A DNA stretch of 64,000 nucleotides from NCBI RefSeq assembly GCF_006345805.1, contig NC_043009.1:9300001-9364000 (forward strand), given 5' to 3'. The position numbers and the translations under genes were made by a program. This DNA is from Octopus sinensis. Taxonomy: Eukaryota. Below the pieces are notes generated by a model, which saw nothing but the letters and a program-made list of their open reading frames with translations, made no database searches and was not told the DNA's origin. Below, in pieces: positions 62,379 to 64,000 of the stretch (the first letter of the stretch is position 1; the number at the start of each line of letters is the position of its first letter).

Positions 62379-64000
62379 TCATTTCTGTGGAACTTGCCTC
62401 CTGTATGCTAGTATGGAAAATGGGCATGAAATGATAATGTTGATGATGATGATGATGAAGATGATGATGCAAATGGGGCTGTACAAACCTTTGGATTAGG
62501 AGTTGTCAATCACATGACCATGACAAATGGCAAGGTGTTGTGAGGCCCATCCAACCCTTGCCAGCATGGAAAAATGAATGGAAAATGATGCTGGTGGTGT
62601 TAAGAGGCTGCACATACCATTGGATTAAGAGTCATCCTTCTTGCAATGCTTTTAGCTGGGAACTGTCCTGTCATCAATCAATAATTCCTCACTTGATTAA
62701 CTCTTCTGTACCAATGAACCAACCAGCCAAGCCCTACCCCCTTGGTTCAATGTTGGCACTCCATGTAAAGCATCCTGTACGTTATATCTTCCTCCTCTTG
62801 TTTCATTTGTGGAATTGGTGGTATAAATAATGAACTGAGACAATGAAACGAAATAAAATAAATAACGGGTATTTAAATATTCATTAGATTTTTACATGTG
62901 AATGTTGATGACGATAATCAGATCAAATTCAATGAGCTCGTTTGAATTAAAGAAAAAACAAAACAAATAAAATGTTTTGTTTTCGCTAATATAGATTTTT
63001 TCTTTACCAACAAGGCATTTATTTTTAAAATTACAATATAATTTGGTTAATAAATTTCATGAATATAAGTTGAAATTTTTAATTGATTTTTATTGATAAA
63101 ATTTTCGTTTTTATTTATTTTTTTATAGTTTTTTTTCAAGGATATTTTCATCAAAATCTTTGGGTAAAAATATATGCTAATAGTATAAAATATATGCCAT
63201 TGACTTGGTTGATTCAAAATTTAGAATATCAAGACCATAGTTTTATTATTTAAAGTGGTTTTTTCCACTCATTTCCTCTGATAGCAAGAGTAATTCTATG
63301 AGCACAGTTATTTTGTTTAAATATTTCTTTTTCATATTCATTCTTCCACGCTAGAATGGATGAGAAATCATTTCAAATTTGGAATATTTACATATTCTAA
63401 CAGCAATTGTGTTAACTGCAGGATGTCCCCCTTACTGCTAATCTATTCAATTGTGATATTTGTGTATAACTTAGTGTTAGTCAGATAAACTGTGACAAAT
63501 TGAGTTATATGCTTTGCCAAGGTGCACAATACAGCATTTTAATATGAGCTCCAACATTATTTATGAATTAATATTGGACTGGGAATTTAAAAGATGATTG
63601 AATGGCTGTCGCTTCTCTGGGTTAAAAGTAAGGGTTGGCATCTAAAAAATGTGTAACCGAGATGTCTCCTCTCCTAGCTAAACCGGACATCAGTCAAGTT
63701 AGTGTTAACACATTTGATGCAGTCAACATTAAATGCTAATTAGAAATCATTATTCAGTAGAGAAAAGATGATATTAATCATTGGCTAATATTAGCTTTTT
63801 AATACACATTCATTAGATATGGTAACGGTAAGTTAGCTGTATATGCGTATATATTTTTCACTGATATATGTATAGCAACCAGCACAGATTGCCATCTTCC
63901 AAATTCGTTCACAAGGTATTGATTGACCTGAGGCTGCAGTAAAAGATGTATGTCCAAGAATCTATGCAGTAGGATTGAACCCGATACCATATAATTGCTA

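Overview
This is repeat-dense, AT-rich animal genomic DNA. The tRNA-derived SINE families and microsatellite load are most consistent with an octopod cephalopod; that assignment comes from recognising the repeats, not from a database search. There are no prokaryotic features, no CRISPR array and no rRNA or true tRNA genes. The main feature is a ~10 kb array (about 21.1-31.2 kb) of five same-orientation 3' ends of a Tx1-type (L1 clade) non-LTR retrotransposon: three near-identical 5'-truncated copies, one older remnant and one short chimeric copy. All five are followed by (ATCT)n, which points to a (GATA)n/(ATCT)n-targeting family. Second, there are three hammerhead ribozymes with intact cores and two or three decayed ones, of the minimal/dimeric Penelope-associated type. 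Several of them sit inside or at the edge of fold-back inverted repeats. Also present are decayed Chapaev3-like, mariner and hAT transposons, two MITEs, CR1 and RTE LINE remnants, and dozens of SINEs. A SINE-free, CpG-richer region at about 45.8-52 kb looks like a bidirectional promoter; tentative exon chains on both strands are offered at low confidence. Most ORFs in the supplied track are artefacts of microsatellites or antisense frames.
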